Assembly: GCA_044869275.1 (NCBI GenBank)
Contig: JBIOXB010000011.1
Span: 1-36,378, forward strand
DNA length: 36,378 nt
DNA from: a bacterium
GTDB lineage: Bacteria > Zhuqueibacterota > Zhuqueibacteria > Zhuqueibacterales > Zhuqueibacteraceae
Reading direction: 5' to 3'
Shown: one piece after another, positions 9,028 to 18,637 of the stretch
Position numbering within the stretch: the stretch's first letter is position 1
Layout of the letters: every line of letters starts with the position of its first letter
Made by a program: the position numbers and the translations under genes
Notes under the pieces: generated by a model
Seen by the model: only the letters and a program-made list of their open reading frames with translations
Told to the model about the DNA's origin: nothing
Database searches by the model: none

Positions 9028-9774
9028 ATGTTTTCTCTGGCAGTGGTAAACACAAAACACGCATTGGTCGTCGTTCCCACTTACAATGAAGCCGGGAACG
9101 TCGAAAGCTTGCTGACTCAAATTTTCGAGCTCGAAATTCCTGAGTTGGAGGTTTTGATCGTCGATGACAATTCCCCGGACGGCACCTCCGACATCGTGCG
9201 ACGCCGCAGCGCGCTGGACTCCCGCGTTCATTTGCTGTCGCGGCCGCAAAAAATGGGCTTGGGCACGGCCTACGTCGCCGGCTTTCAATTCGCGCTGCAC
9301 AACGGCTACGAGCTCATTTTTGAAATGGATGCCGATTTTTCGCATCACCCGCAAGATCTTCCGCGCTTGCTGGAAAAAATGGACCGCCATGACTTGGTCA
9401 TCGGCTCGCGTTATCTCACCGGCGTGAACGTCACCAACTGGCCGTTGTCCCGCCTGCTGCTGAGCCTGTTCGCCAACGGATACACGCGCGCCATCACGCG
9501 CATGCCCATTCAAGACTGCACCAGCGGCTTCAAATGCTTTCATCGCCGCGTGCTCGAAGCCATTTCTCTGGAAAAAATCGTTTCAAACGGCTACGCTTTT
9601 CAAATCGAATTGCATTACAAAGCGTGGCGCAAAGGTTTCCGCATCCTCGAAATCCCCATTGTTTTCACCGAGCGCATTACCGGAAGATCGAAAATGTCCC
9701 GCAAAGTCCAAATCGAGGCCGCGCAAATGGTGTGGCGGCTCAAAGTTCGGGACCTGTTGGGCAGGTTGTTTTAA
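9028..9774 (+). CDS. Polyprenol monophosphomannose synthase-like GT2
   Basis: VVPTYNEAGN, VDDNSPDGT, GLGTAY, EMDADFSH.P, VIGSRY, DCTSGFK, GYAFQIE. Start may instead be GTG 9043. Confidence 0.9.
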   Translation: MFSLAVVNTKHALVVVPTYNEAGNVESLLTQIFELEIPELEVLIVDDNSPDGTSDIVRRRSALDSRVHLLSRPQKMGLGTAYVAGFQFALHNGYELIFEMDADFSHHPQDLPRLLEKMDRHDLVIGSRYLTGVNVTNWPLSRLLLSLFANGYTRAITRMPIQDCTSGFKCFHRRVLEAISLEKIVSNGYAFQIELHYKAWRKGFRILEIPIVFTERITGRSKMSRKVQIEAAQMVWRLKVRDLLGRLF

Positions 9775-9779
9775 ACGCC

Positions 9780-11951
9780 ATGCCGCGGGACACCACGACA
9801 CTTCGCCCGTCTTTCGGAAGCCAGGCGGACGGACAGCCGCCACGCGAATATTCTCGCACCGACGAGCCCGGGGGCTATTGCGATTTTTCCATCATCATTG
9901 TCAACTATAACGTGCGCGAATTCCTGCGGCAGGCATTGCTGTCTTTGCGGCAGGCGTTGCGCGGCTTGCGCGCGGAGATTTTCGTGGTGGACAATGCCTC
10001 CGATGACGGCAGCGTGGAAATGGTGCAGGCGCAATTTCGCGAATGCCGTTTGATCTCAAATGAAGAGAACTTGGGATTCGCGCGCGCGAACAACCTGGCG
10101 CTGCGGCAGGCGCGCGGCCGCTTTCTGGCTTTGCTGAACCCCGACACCGTGGTACAAGAAGACACGTTTACGGCTTTGCGCGATTTTATGGATCGTCATC
10201 CGCGCACCGGCATGGCCGGCTGCAAGGTATTGAATCCCGACGGCAGTTTGCAGCTCGCTTGCCGCCGCAGCTTTCCCACGCCCTGGGTCGCGTTCACCAA
10301 GCTTTCCGGATTGAGCCGCCTGTTTCCGCGCAGCCGCTGGTTTGGCCGTTACAATCTCACTTATCTTCCCGAAGATGAAACGTGCGAAGTCGAAGCCATC
10401 TCCGGCTCCTTCATGGTGCTGCGGCGCGAAGCGGTCGCACAAGTCGGCTTGCTCGACGAGGATTTTTTCATGTACGGCGAGGATTTGGATTGGTGCTATC
10501 GCATCCGCTCCGCGGGATGGCAAATTCATTATTTCCCCGGCACCCAGATCGTGCATTTCAAAGGAGAGAGCTCGCGCGGCAGCAGCTACGACAGCTTACG
10601 TCTGTTCTATCAATCCATGGGGCTATTCGTACAAAAGCATTTTCGCCGGCGCATGTTCGTGCTGTCCTATTGGATGCTGCATTTGGCCATTTGGGCGCGT
10701 GCGGCGATGGCCTTTGCCAAGACGCTGCTCTCTGCGCTCGCGATTCCCTTCATTGATTTGACCCTGATGCAGCTCAGTCTCAGCGTGGCGATCTGGTTTC
10801 GTTTCGAAAACAGCACGGTGTGGCCCAAATATCTGATTATCGACGCGGTTTATTCGGCCGTTTGGCTGGCGAGCCTGGCATTGTTCGGCTGTTACCACCG
10901 GGCAAAATTCTCCGCTTATCAGGCATTCATGGCCACGGTCACGGGGTTTTTGGTGAATGCGAGCTTTACTTATTTTTTCAATCAGTATGCCTTTTCTCGC
11001 CAGGTCGTGCTGATTGCCGGCGCGCTCAACATTCTCTTGCTCACGGCCTGGCGTCTCGCCATCAAGATCCTGCATTATCTCGGGGTGGCAAAATTCGCGC
11101 ACGTTGCCCGGCACACCATGCGCGGCCTGCGCACGCTCATCGTGGGCGATTTCAGTGCCGAGAGCTCGCTGGTGGAGCGTTTGAAAACGAATGTGCAGGG
11201 CAATTATGAGCTGGTGGGATTGATTAGTCTCGACCCCACTCACCTCGGTCAGGTTCACGGCGGTTTGCCGGTGATTGCCACGCTGGACGAATTGGATGAA
11301 TTGCTGCAGTCTCCCTCTCGCCATCGCATTGAACAGGTGATTTTTTCCACCCAGCGCGTGCCCTACGATCGCATCTTCGGCGCCATGTCGCGCCAGCGCA
11401 AGCAGCGCATCAGCTTCAAGCTGGCGCCGAGCCAACTGGATGTGATCATCGGCAAGGCCGGCATCGATGCGATCACCGCGGTGCCTTTGGTTGAAATCAA
11501 AAACCGCTTGAATTTTTTCTGGCCGCGACTGGGCAAAAGGGTTTTTGATATCGCCTTGGCCGCGCTGGCATTGCTCGTGCTTTTTCCATTTTTTGTCTGG
11601 CATGGGTTGAGAGCGCGCCGCTTTGAGCAGTTGGAGGTTGCCGGCATGCAGCCGCCGATGCGCTTGCGCTATCTTCCCCAGGCCGGGCGCGCCGGGCGGT
11701 GGCTGTGGTTTTGGCCGGTTCTGACCGGCCGTTTGAGCTGGGTGGGCAGGGAATTGACCGCGGCGCCGACGGAGCAATTGCGCTCGCAACAAATCGGCTT
11801 GCCGCCCGGCCTCACCGGTTTGGCGCAGGTGAACCGGCAGCGCGCGTTGTCGCAGGAAGAAAAAGACCAGTATTATCTCTACTACGTGACGCATTACAGC
11901 CCGTTGTTGGATCTGGAAATTCTGCTACGCGCCACTTTCCGCATTTATTAA
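9780..11951 (+). CDS. GT2 glycosyltransferase fused to TM helices, a Rossmann-like domain and a degenerate phosphoglycosyl-transferase-like domain
   Basis: SIIIVNYN, VVDNASDDGS, NLGFARANN, LLNPD, FFMYGEDLDWC; multiple TM helices; C-terminal KRVFDI..PGLTGLAQVN..Y...YS.LLDLEIL. Confidence 0.88.
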   Translation: MPRDTTTLRPSFGSQADGQPPREYSRTDEPGGYCDFSIIIVNYNVREFLRQALLSLRQALRGLRAEIFVVDNASDDGSVEMVQAQFRECRLISNEENLGFARANNLALRQARGRFLALLNPDTVVQEDTFTALRDFMDRHPRTGMAGCKVLNPDGSLQLACRRSFPTPWVAFTKLSGLSRLFPRSRWFGRYNLTYLPEDETCEVEAISGSFMVLRREAVAQVGLLDEDFFMYGEDLDWCYRIRSAGWQIHYFPGTQIVHFKGESSRGSSYDSLRLFYQSMGLFVQKHFRRRMFVLSYWMLHLAIWARAAMAFAKTLLSALAIPFIDLTLMQLSLSVAIWFRFENSTVWPKYLIIDAVYSAVWLASLALFGCYHRAKFSAYQAFMATVTGFLVNASFTYFFNQYAFSRQVVLIAGALNILLLTAWRLAIKILHYLGVAKFAHVARHTMRGLRTLIVGDFSAESSLVERLKTNVQGNYELVGLISLDPTHLGQVHGGLPVIATLDELDELLQSPSRHRIEQVIFSTQRVPYDRIFGAMSRQRKQRISFKLAPSQLDVIIGKAGIDAITAVPLVEIKNRLNFFWPRLGKRVFDIALAALALLVLFPFFVWHGLRARRFEQLEVAGMQPPMRLRYLPQAGRAGRWLWFWPVLTGRLSWVGRELTAAPTEQLRSQQIGLPPGLTGLAQVNRQRALSQEEKDQYYLYYVTHYSPLLDLEILLRATFRIY

Positions 11952-11960
11952 GGAGAACCC

Positions 11961-12923
11961 ATGAATGGTTTCGTGCTGGAATTTGAGAAGCCGTTGCTGG
12001 AGCTGGAAAAACGCATCGCGCAGCTGCGCGAATACGATGTGACTGCGGATTCCGGCGTGGAAGCCGAGATTGAAAAACTGGAAGAGCGCGCACGGCGTTT
12101 GCGCGAAGAAATTTATGCCAAGCTCACGCGCTGGCAACGCGTGCAATTGGCGCGGCATCCGCAGCGGCCTTACACGCTGGATTATGTCGAGCGCATGGTG
12201 GCCGATTTCGTCGAACTGCACGGCGACCGCGCCTTCGGAGACGACCCCGCCATCGTGTGCGGGACCGGCAAGCTCGGCGAGCAGAAAATTTTCCTCGTCG
12301 GCCATCAAAAGGGCCGCGACACCAAACAAAAACTCTACCGCAATTTCGGCATGCCGCATCCCGAAGGCTATCGCAAAGCGCTGCGGGTGATGAAGCTCGC
12401 AGCCAAGTTCCACCGCCCGATCGTCTGTCTGATCGACACCCCCGGTGCATATCCCGGCATCGGCGCGGAGGAACGCGGACAGGCCGAGGCGATTGCGCGC
12501 AATCTTTTTGAAATGTCGCATTTGCCGGTTCCCATCGTCATCGTGATCGTCGGCGAAGGCGCGAGCGGCGGCGCGCTGGGCATCGGCGTGGGGGACCGCG
12601 TGTTGATGCTGGAAAACACCTGGTACTCCGTGATTTCGCCCGAAGGCTGCGCTGCGATTTTGTGGCACGACAGCAGTAAAGCCGAACAAGCGGCGGAAGC
12701 CATGAAGCTCGTGGGCGGCGATTTGTTGAAGTTGGGCGTGATCGACGGCATCATCAAGGAGCCGCTCGGCGGTGCGCATCGTAATCACGATGAAGCGGCA
12801 CGCCTTCTGAGAGACGGCATTCTTGCCGAACTGCGCGAGCTGGCCAAGATTCCGCCGGAAAAATTGATCGAAATGCGCATTGAAAAATACGGCCGCATGG
12901 GCGCGTTTGAGCGCGTGGGTTGA
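11961..12923 (+). CDS. accA: Acetyl-CoA carboxylase carboxyltransferase alpha subunit
   Basis: [65 protein letters not shown]. Confidence 0.97.
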   Translation: MNGFVLEFEKPLLELEKRIAQLREYDVTADSGVEAEIEKLEERARRLREEIYAKLTRWQRVQLARHPQRPYTLDYVERMVADFVELHGDRAFGDDPAIVCGTGKLGEQKIFLVGHQKGRDTKQKLYRNFGMPHPEGYRKALRVMKLAAKFHRPIVCLIDTPGAYPGIGAEERGQAEAIARNLFEMSHLPVPIVIVIVGEGASGGALGIGVGDRVLMLENTWYSVISPEGCAAILWHDSSKAEQAAEAMKLVGGDLLKLGVIDGIIKEPLGGAHRNHDEAARLLRDGILAELRELAKIPPEKLIEMRIEKYGRMGAFERVG

Positions 12924-12982
12924 ACGGGAGGCCGGCAGCAGGCTTGGCTCGTGCTCCGGGTTTGAACCTCTGTGAGGATGAC

Positions 12983-14815
12983 ATGCAGAAGATCGTGGAA
13001 TGCGTTCCCAATTTTTCCGAAGGCCGGGACAAGCATCTCATCAAAAAAATAACGGACGTAATTGAAGCCGTGCCGGGCGTGCGGTTGCTGGACGTCGATC
13101 CGGGCGCGAGTACGAACCGCACCGTGGTGACTTTCATCGGAGAACCCGAGGCCGTGCCAGAAGCTGCGGTGCGTGCGGTGAAAATGGCTGCCGAGCTGAT
13201 CGACATGTCCAGGCATCACGGCGAGCACGCGCGCATGGGTGCAACCGATGTTTTGCCGTTTGTGCCGGTGGCGGGAGTGACCATGGAGGAGTGCGTCGCC
13301 ATGGCGCGCGCGGTGGGCCAGCGCCTGGGTGAGGAGCTGGGAATTCCGGTTTATCTGTATGAGCACGCAGCCACGCGGCCGGAACGGCGCAATCTCGCCA
13401 GCGTGCGCGCGGGAGAATATGAGGGCCTGCCGCAAAAAATGGCAGACACCAATTGGCGGCCGGATTTCGGCCCGGCGCAATTCAACGCTAAAAGCGGCGC
13501 CACCGCAGTAGGTGCACGCGAGTTTCTGATCGCTTACAACCTCAATCTGAACACGAGGGACCGGCGCTATGCCGAGGACATCGCTTATGAATTACGCGAA
13601 CGTGGCCGCTGGAAAAGATCCGGCAACATTTCGCCGTTCTATTATAAAGGAAACGTGGTTTATTTCGGCCCGGAAAATTTTCCCTGTGGCAACTGTGATT
13701 ATGTCGCCAGATCGTTTGCCGAACTGGCAGAGCATTATCGCCAACGATACGGCAAGGATTTGTACGCGCGTTACCAGGCGCTGGGCATGGACGTGAACCA
13801 TCTCAGCGGGCTGCCGGTTTACGCGGACGGCAAATTCGACCATGTGAAAGCTGTAGGCTGGGTGGTGGAGGCGTACAACCGTGCGCAGATTTCCGTCAAC
13901 CTCACCAACTATAAGATTGCGCCGCCGCATCTGGTTTTGGAAGAAGCGCGGCGGCTGGCGCTGGCGCGCGGCGTGGCGATCAACGGGTCTGAAATCGTCG
14001 GCGTCGTTCCCTACGAAGCGATGCACATGGCGGGTAAATTCTATTTGAAGCGCATGTTCAAATCCACCGGCATTCCCGTGCGCGACATTCTGGAAACCGC
14101 GGCGCAGTCCATGGGTCTGCGCGAAGTGGCGGAGTTCAATCTCGACCAAAAAATCATTGGCATTCCGCACACGGGCGGCACGCTGGTGAATTTGAGAGTC
14201 AATGATTTTGTCGATGAGGTTTCCCGCGACACACCTGCGCCCGGCGGCGGCTCAATTGCCGCGTTGGCCGGCGCCTTGAGCGCGGCGCTGGCTGCCATGG
14301 TGGCCAATCTCTGCGTGGGAAAAAGTGAATTCGATGCACAATATGAAGAGTTGTGTGCACTGGCCGAGTCGGCGCAGCGTGTGAAAGACGAATTGGTGCG
14401 GGCGGTGGACCTCGATACGCAAGCATTCCACCAGGTCTTGGAAGCGATGCGCCTGCCCAAGGATACGCCGCAGCAAAAAGACACGCGCAGCGCCGCCCTG
14501 CGTGCCGGTTACAAATCCGCCGCGGCCGTGCCAGAGCACACGGCGGAATTGTGCCATGAAGCTTTACAGCTCTGCTGGCGCGCCGCGCGCCTGGGAAACA
14601 AGCCGGTAATGAGCGACGCAGGCGTCGGCGCGTTAATGGCCTTTGCCGGTCTGCAGGGCGCCATTTACAACGTGCGCATCAATCTGCCGCACACGAAAGA
14701 CGCCGATTTCGCGGCCAGGACCAGCCGGAAACTAAAGGAACTTCTCAAATCAGCTCAGGAAACATGCGCGGCCGTGCAAATGGAGGTGGAAAAAGCCTGG
14801 GGTGAGCCGGGGTGA
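12983..14815 (+). CDS. ftcd: Glutamate formimidoyltransferase / formimidoyltetrahydrofolate cyclodeaminase (bifunctional)
   Basis: ECVPNFSEGR, NRTVVT, HHGEHARMGATDVLPFVP, GAREFLIAYN, and cyclodeaminase motifs PAPGGGS and GAIYNVRINL. GAGGA RBS precedes ATG 12983. Confidence 0.93.
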   Translation: MQKIVECVPNFSEGRDKHLIKKITDVIEAVPGVRLLDVDPGASTNRTVVTFIGEPEAVPEAAVRAVKMAAELIDMSRHHGEHARMGATDVLPFVPVAGVTMEECVAMARAVGQRLGEELGIPVYLYEHAATRPERRNLASVRAGEYEGLPQKMADTNWRPDFGPAQFNAKSGATAVGAREFLIAYNLNLNTRDRRYAEDIAYELRERGRWKRSGNISPFYYKGNVVYFGPENFPCGNCDYVARSFAELAEHYRQRYGKDLYARYQALGMDVNHLSGLPVYADGKFDHVKAVGWVVEAYNRAQISVNLTNYKIAPPHLVLEEARRLALARGVAINGSEIVGVVPYEAMHMAGKFYLKRMFKSTGIPVRDILETAAQSMGLREVAEFNLDQKIIGIPHTGGTLVNLRVNDFVDEVSRDTPAPGGGSIAALAGALSAALAAMVANLCVGKSEFDAQYEELCALAESAQRVKDELVRAVDLDTQAFHQVLEAMRLPKDTPQQKDTRSAALRAGYKSAAAVPEHTAELCHEALQLCWRAARLGNKPVMSDAGVGALMAFAGLQGAIYNVRINLPHTKDADFAARTSRKLKELLKSAQETCAAVQMEVEKAWGEPG

Positions 14816-14848
14816 AACCGGGTGCGACCCGCACCCAAAAAAAATGAC

Positions 14849-14877
14849 TTGATATGTTTCACCAGATTGTGTATTCT
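14849..14877 (+). promoter_or_regulatory. Candidate sigma-70 promoter for the aquaporin cluster
   Basis: TTGATA-17 bp-TATTCT. Confidence 0.45.
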
Positions 14878-15059
14878 ATCCGTGACAATTTTGCAACAAT
14901 CTGCTTGCGCACGCGCATCTTGGGTGCTCCCAGTAAACAAAAGTATTCTCTGACGCACTGCTTTGTCCTGCGAATTCTGTCTCACCCCACTTTGAAGTGA
15001 AAAGCATCACGGCAGCATCCTGTTGATAACTCGTCGTTTCGGTGCTGGAGGAGGAAGTC

Positions 15060-15692
15060 ATGCCCAAGTATTTTGTCGAATTTATCGGCACATTTTTCTT
15101 GGCGCTGGTGGTCGGAATGACTGTGATCGAACCGGGAGCGGGCGCCTTCGCGCCTTTCGCCATCGGTTCGACGCTCATGGTTATGGTCTATGCCGGCGGG
15201 CATATCTCTGGCGGGCATTACAATCCCGCCGTGACGCTGGCGGTGTGGATGCGCGGCAAGTGTGCCGGGAAAGACGTGGCGCCCTATATGATCTCGCAAG
15301 TGCTGGGCGCGGCCGTTGCTGCATTGGTTGTCGGCGTGTATAAATCGGGCACGGCCATTTCCGCCATGACCTTCGACACGCCCAAGGCTTTTCTCATTGA
15401 AGCCTTGTTCACGTTTGCGCTCGCTTTTGTGGTGTTGAATACGGCGACCTCGAAACGAAATGCAGGCAACAGCTATTACGGCTTGGCGATCGGCTTCACG
15501 GTCCTGGCCGGCGCCTATGCCGGCGCCACAATTTCGGGTGCGGTTTACAATCCCGCGGTCGCGATTGGGATTACGGTAATGGGTTTGAACGCGGTTGCCA
15601 ATCTCTGGCTGCATGTGGTGGCGAATCTGATCGGCGGAGCGCTGGCTGCCGTCGCTTACAAGGTAGTGAACCCGGAAGAGTTTCGCAATTAA
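15060..15692 (+). CDS. MIP family channel (aquaporin)
   Basis: EFIGTF, SGGHYNPAVT, second NPA (SGAVYNPAV), six TM helices; strong GGAGG RBS. Confidence 0.93.
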   Translation: MPKYFVEFIGTFFLALVVGMTVIEPGAGAFAPFAIGSTLMVMVYAGGHISGGHYNPAVTLAVWMRGKCAGKDVAPYMISQVLGAAVAALVVGVYKSGTAISAMTFDTPKAFLIEALFTFALAFVVLNTATSKRNAGNSYYGLAIGFTVLAGAYAGATISGAVYNPAVAIGITVMGLNAVANLWLHVVANLIGGALAAVAYKVVNPEEFRN

Positions 15693-15708
15693 TGTCAAGG
15701 AGGTATGC

Positions 15709-15912
15709 ATGGCTGTCGCACGTGTGACCGAAATCATCTCTTCCTCGCCGAAGAGCTTTGACGATGCCATCAGCATGGGCATCGACCGCGCGAACAAGAC
15801 CTTGGAAAACGTCAAAGGCGCCTGGGTCAAGGACATGAAATTGGACGTTGAAAACGGCAAGGTCACGGCTTATCGCGTGGTGCTGAAAGTAACGTTCGTT
15901 TTGAAGGGATGA
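15709..15912 (+). CDS. Dodecin family protein
   Basis: VTEIISSSPKSFDDAI..G..RA.KTL.NV..YRV.LKVTF; AAGGAGG RBS. Confidence 0.92.
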   Translation: MAVARVTEIISSSPKSFDDAISMGIDRANKTLENVKGAWVKDMKLDVENGKVTAYRVVLKVTFVLKG

Positions 15913-16000
15913 GTCATTTCACCGGTGTGAAAGAGATGATGGCAGTAATAACCCCTATGTGGTTTTGTGAACCTCATCTTCTTAGAGAGGAGGAAACGTC

Positions 16001-16363
16001 ATGGCTCAAATGTTCGCAAAGTACGCCGGCGTGATTCAAATGGTGCTCGGTTTACTCGGACAGTTCGTTCCGCAACTCGGCGGCATGATGGGTGCTGCCG
16101 CGGGCGGCAATGTCTTCAACATTCTGTCTGGCGCCGCGTTGAGCTATCTCGGCTTCAAGGGCTCGGCGCCGGCGCAAAGGACAGGCGCCCAGGTTCTCGG
16201 CGGCCTCAACGGCCTGGTGGGCGTGTTGGGCGCTTTGGGAATCCATAACATTGCCGGCATGCAGCTCAATGAAGGCATGGTTTCCACTATTGTCAACCTC
16301 GGCATCGGGGCCTGGGGCCTTTATTCCGGCTTTGCCAAGCCGGCGAAGGCCACGGCGCATTAA
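16001..16363 (+). CDS. Small Gly-rich four-TM membrane protein
   Basis: AGGAGG RBS, four hydrophobic segments, codon usage like neighbouring genes. Confidence 0.8.
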   Translation: MAQMFAKYAGVIQMVLGLLGQFVPQLGGMMGAAAGGNVFNILSGAALSYLGFKGSAPAQRTGAQVLGGLNGLVGVLGALGIHNIAGMQLNEGMVSTIVNLGIGAWGLYSGFAKPAKATAH

Positions 16364-16598
16364 TCTGCTTCTGGTCGTGTAGCGGGGTTCTGGAAAATTC
16401 CCTCAGCATCCCGCCAGTTCGTTTGCACTGCCATCAGTTTGTACAGTCTGTCACTGATTTTGACTGCCGGGTGATTGTGAAGCGCACAACTGCCCGGCAG
16501 TTGATTTTAGACGGCGCGCAGTCCCGGCTCAATCCCGGGGCAAATCGGGCTTGCGCAAGCCCGTCGCTAATATTCCCTCACCTTGGAGATGGTTTTCT

Positions 16599-16973
16599 AT
16601 GGCAAAGTCCTCCGGCAGGTTCATGAAAGTGCTTTTCACCTTATTACTGGTGGTTGTGCTCGGCTTCGCTTTGTGGAGTTGGATCACTTTGAGCTTTACC
16701 TATGCCTCGGGCGAACGCGCCGGTTTCGTGCAGAAGTTTTCCAAAAAGGGATGGGTTTGCAAAACCTGGGAAGGCGAGCTCGCCATGGTCAATCTGCCCG
16801 GCGCCATGCCGGAGATCTTTTACTTCAGTGTGCGCGATGATAGCGTGGCGAAAAAAATCGAACGCATGATCGGGCGCCGTGTCTCTTTGAGTTACGAACA
16901 GCACGTCGGGGTTCCGACCTCTTGTTTTGGGGAAACGGAGTATTTTATCAAGGATGTTCGCGCGGTGGAGTAG
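16599..16973 (+). CDS. Conserved membrane-anchored hypothetical protein
   Basis: One N-terminal TM helix, then G.RAG..QKFSKKGWVCKTWEGEL and CFGETEYF. GGAG RBS. Confidence 0.85.
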   Translation: MAKSSGRFMKVLFTLLLVVVLGFALWSWITLSFTYASGERAGFVQKFSKKGWVCKTWEGELAMVNLPGAMPEIFYFSVRDDSVAKKIERMIGRRVSLSYEQHVGVPTSCFGETEYFIKDVRAVE

Positions 16974-17138
16974 TTTTCAAGAAAAAAGATTTGTTTCACA
17001 GCAAATTCTTGTTTATGTTCCGGCTTACGTGTATGAATAGGATGCTCATGGGCTTGGCTCACGACTTTCGCGCGGAGCCTGCCATGAGACCACGATCGCC
17101 AGTTCAGGAAAAATCGAGAGCGAGTTTCAGCCACAGCC

Positions 17139-18422
17139 ATGCAACTGTCATCGCGCGACTTCACGCTGCAGATTCCTGACCGCCAAATCATCCCTTTTGG
17201 CCGCGTCCTTCTTGCCCTTCTCATTCTCGCCCTGAGTATTTTCGCATTTTATTTGCTGCGTGACTTGATCACGCCCGTGGTGATTTCCATTTTTCTGGCT
17301 TATCTGCTCGAACCCCTGGTCACCGGCCTGGAAAATCGCGGCATCAGCCGCGGGTGGGGAATCCTCATCGTGCTTTTGGGATTCGTGGCCATCGCCGGTA
17401 CCGGGCTGATGATGGTGCGCGAGCAGATGGCGGACGAACTGGAGGTGGTTTTCAGCCACGTGCGCCTCGATCAGCCCGAGCTCTTGCTCCAACAACTGCA
17501 TGAGAAGCTGAAAGCCGCCTTTCCGGGCGTGACGCAAACCCGCTTGATCGATCTCCTGATCAAAGCTTCCGCGCAAATGCTGCAATCGTTCCTGGGCACC
17601 GGCCTCGCGAGCATGACCGGAATTTTTTCCGCCTTCGGTGCCATGATCATCATTCCGTTTTTGATTTTCTTTATTTTGAACGACGCGCGCGCGCTCGAAA
17701 AGGCGATCCTGCAAAGCATTCCCAACCGTTATTTTGAAATGTCGCTGAGCTTGTTTCACAAAGCCAGCGAACAGCTCGGGCGCTACATCCGCGGCGTGCT
17801 GCTCGACGCCGCCATCGTCGGTGCGATGGTGACGGTCGCGCTTGTGATCTTGGATCTGCGCTACGCCGTCTTCATCGGCATGCTCGCGGGCATGGCGAAT
17901 CTGATTCCTTATCTCGGCCCGGTGGTGGGCGGCATTCCGGCCATCGCCGTTTCCATCATGGATTCCGGCAATTTCTCGGGCGTGCCTTCCATACTGCTCG
18001 CGTTTGCGATCGTGAAAATCATCGACGACATCATCGTGCAGCCGATCGTGGTTTCCAAAAGCGTGGAATTGCACCCCGTCGCCGTGATCATCGCCATCTA
18101 TGTCGGCGGGCACGCTGGCGGGATTTTGGGCATGATCGTGGCCGTGCCGCTGGTGGCCATTGTTAAGGAATGCTTGCGCATTTTGCATTGGGGTTTCACC
18201 AAATACTACATCTTCCGCCAACCGCACTTTGCCGAATTGCCGATGGAAGAATCCTTCGCCGTGGTTTATGCGAACCCACTGCCGGGCGACGCTAAAACAC
18301 CTGCAACCTCACCCTCCTCCCACGCGGCTGCTGTGCATCTGCCGGAGTCCTCGGCCATTTCCGAGCAAGACCAGCCCGACAACGGCAAACCCTCTGCCGA
18401 GATGCAACAAGAAGCACAATAA
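17139..18422 (+). CDS. AI-2E (PerM) family transporter
   Basis: LAYLLEPLV, YIRG, NLIPYLGP, LHPV..I.A...GG..GILGMIVAVPL. Confidence 0.92.
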   Translation: MQLSSRDFTLQIPDRQIIPFGRVLLALLILALSIFAFYLLRDLITPVVISIFLAYLLEPLVTGLENRGISRGWGILIVLLGFVAIAGTGLMMVREQMADELEVVFSHVRLDQPELLLQQLHEKLKAAFPGVTQTRLIDLLIKASAQMLQSFLGTGLASMTGIFSAFGAMIIIPFLIFFILNDARALEKAILQSIPNRYFEMSLSLFHKASEQLGRYIRGVLLDAAIVGAMVTVALVILDLRYAVFIGMLAGMANLIPYLGPVVGGIPAIAVSIMDSGNFSGVPSILLAFAIVKIIDDIIVQPIVVSKSVELHPVAVIIAIYVGGHAGGILGMIVAVPLVAIVKECLRILHWGFTKYYIFRQPHFAELPMEESFAVVYANPLPGDAKTPATSPSSHAAAVHLPESSAISEQDQPDNGKPSAEMQQEAQ

Positions 18423-18637
18423 ATAAAACTGCCCACCTGCCCCAAAACACTCATGCCTGGTTGTGCTATTTGCCGATTGCTCAGGGGCCGCATGCGCCAG
18501 CATTTGTGGCTGTCTCCCTCCGCAAAATTCCGCTTTCGCCGGTAGAATGATCTCAGAATGGCGGCTTTATCGCCCTTTCAGATCACGCGCAATCGCTGTA
18601 GCGTTCATGCCGCAGCCTTTTCTCCTCGTGAGGGAAT

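Noticed and set aside
9534..9779. Extended start of the 805-aa GT2 ORF
   Set aside because: Overlaps the upstream GT2 gene by about 240 nt; ATG 9780 follows its stop.
14820..14844. Hairpin after ftcd as an intrinsic terminator
   Set aside because: The stem is followed by an A-run on +, so no U-tract follows it on either strand.
14996..15011. CRP/FNR-like site AGTGA-N6-TCACG upstream of the aquaporin
   Set aside because: Single imperfect match, plausible by chance.
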